Shown here in pieces: positions 62,852 through 64,000 of a DNA stretch of 64,000 bases. Under the pieces are notes generated by a model. It was not told the DNA's origin. It made no database searches and saw only the letters and a program-made list of their open reading frames with translations. Position 1 is the stretch's first letter. Every line of letters starts with the position of its first letter. Origin of the DNA: an uncultured virus (IMG/VR IMGVR_UViG_3300035682_000026) (taxonomy: Duplodnaviria > Heunggongvirae > Uroviricota > Caudoviricetes); IMG/VR virus record IMGVR_UViG_3300035682_000026; one strand, 5' to 3'. The translations under genes and the position numbers were made by a program.

Positions 62852-64000
62852 TTATTGTTTTTCTGTACTACTAACTTGTTTATCTATTTTGTCAATAATA
62901 AATTGAGATACCTTAGAAATGATTTCTAAGTTATTTTGTATTCTTTCTTTGTTTGCTTTCCATAAAACTAAATATGTTGCATGGTGAGCTACTGGAATAC
63001 CATAATGCTTCAACACAACGTAAGAAACACTTTCAGCTTGTAATTCTTGTAATTGATTTTTTTCTTTACCTTCACCATTATCGATAAAATATATAGAAGA
63101 TTTTTTCCAGTGCATTAGTTCGTGAGCAATCTCGTGAATAGTAGTTGATAATCTAGCTGCACCTGATACATCTGATGATATATTAATATGGTCACCAGCA
63201 CTATAACCTTTTTCTCCACCTTGTGCATCGCTTTGAGTTACTCTAATACCTAAATCAGTAGCTACTTCAGATACAGCACCAAATAATATATCTGCAGTTT
63301 CTGATGGTGTGTTATCACCCCACCATTGTGGTGAATCTGGAACATCACCTCTTTCATCAATAGGCTCTGTATCGCTAATGTCAAAAACATTAACCGCTCT
63401 AAATCTAGTTATTTGAGGTCTATTTGTCATACCCATTTGACCCACTAATGCGGTTGTTTCGTCATCGTATTGAGTCATTTCTGGTTTACCAGCTGGTGCC
63501 AATACTTTGATTGCTTTAGCACCTTTTTTGACTCTTCTAAATTTAGATTCCCATAATTTAAATGAACCAACTTTTGTTGCGTCTGGTCTTTGAATGAAAA
63601 TAAGCATTCTATTATAGAAACTATAACTGTGGAATTTAGAAAAGAAAGTTAAATATCTTCTAATTTCTGCTGATAAAGCAGCTTCATCAGTTGCATTAGC
63701 TAAATCCATAATATATTGTTCAATTCTAGCTTTTAATAATTCTTTATTATCAGCTGTTGAACCTTCTACCGCATCTTCTAGGTCTTCTAATTCACCTATA
63801 ATATACTCTGCTTTATTTATTAATGTAAGTGTTTTTTTTGCAATTTCTAATTTATCAGCATCAATAACCCAATTTGTACCATTCCAATTAAAACCATTTT
63901 GTTTTAAAACAGCTTTATTGTGAAATGTTTCTTGACTAGCAGCTCTACCTTCTAAATCTGATAATACAATAAGTTTACCTTGATTTTTATCATGTTGTAA
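62852..64000 (-). CDS. ArdC-like ssDNA-binding domain plus zincin metallopeptidase (5' truncated)
   Basis: YSFYNRMLI...VFDISDT; HEIAH...ELQAE; frame open to the window edge. Confidence 0.8.
   Translation of the reverse strand, partial: LQHDKNQGKLIVLSDLEGRAASQETFHNKAVLKQNGFNWNGTNWVIDADKLEIAKKTLTLINKAEYIIGELEDLEDAVEGSTADNKELLKARIEQYIMDLANATDEAALSAEIRRYLTFFSKFHSYSFYNRMLIFIQRPDATKVGSFKLWESKFRRVKKGAKAIKVLAPAGKPEMTQYDDETTALVGQMGMTNRPQITRFRAVNVFDISDTEPIDERGDVPDSPQWWGDNTPSETADILFGAVSEVATDLGIRVTQSDAQGGEKGYSAGDHINISSDVSGAARLSTTIHEIAHELMHWKKSSIYFIDNGEGKEKNQLQELQAESVSYVVLKHYGIPVAHHATYLVLWKANKERIQNNLEIISKVSQFIIDKIDKQVSSTEKQ

Noticed and set aside
1..64000. CRISPR array
   Set aside because: No run of identical repeats with regular unique spacers; the repeated motifs are dispersed and vary in length.
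1..64000. Stop-codon reassignment or suppressor tRNA
   Set aside because: Long genes are intact under code 11, TAG ends several genes at plausible positions, and no clean CTA/TCA/TTA anticodon tRNA was found.

Overview
An AT-rich fragment of a jumbo (T4-like myovirus-type) phage, almost entirely on the minus strand. The host is most likely Bacteroidota, given the recurrent TTG-N(19-20)-TAnnTTTG promoters and an Hc1-like histone protein. The window is dominated by translation support and RNA repair: about 27 tRNA genes, a tmRNA next to ClpP, a CCA-adding enzyme, a PTH2-like hydrolase, two RNA ligases, a PNK/2H phosphoesterase pair and a Ro60/TROVE-like DUF2828 protein. It also carries DNA ligase, a PARP, an ABC/OmpA operon, DnaJ, a GH19 lysin and many HNH/GIY-YIG/LAGLIDADG endonucleases. 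Main discovery: the tRNAs for the 20 amino acids are split without overlap into four operons (P/K/G/Q/Y/T; F/E/D/A; C/L/V; S/W/H/I/M/N/R). Each operon is headed by promoter, 24-33 aa leader peptide and intrinsic terminator. Each leader is rich in codons for its own operon's amino acids and contains a strand complementary to the terminator 5' arm. This looks like ribosome-mediated attenuation that induces phage tRNAs when the matching host tRNAs are depleted. Other candidates: a six-copy covarying ncRNA family tied to the DUF2828 gene (one copy a circularly permuted, Y-RNA-like tRNA mimic); a possible ribosomal hop in RNase HII; a shared domain fused to capsid- and tail-tube-like fragments; and endonuclease cassettes carrying replacement tRNA or gene ends. 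All calls come from reading the sequence by eye; no searches or folding were run.
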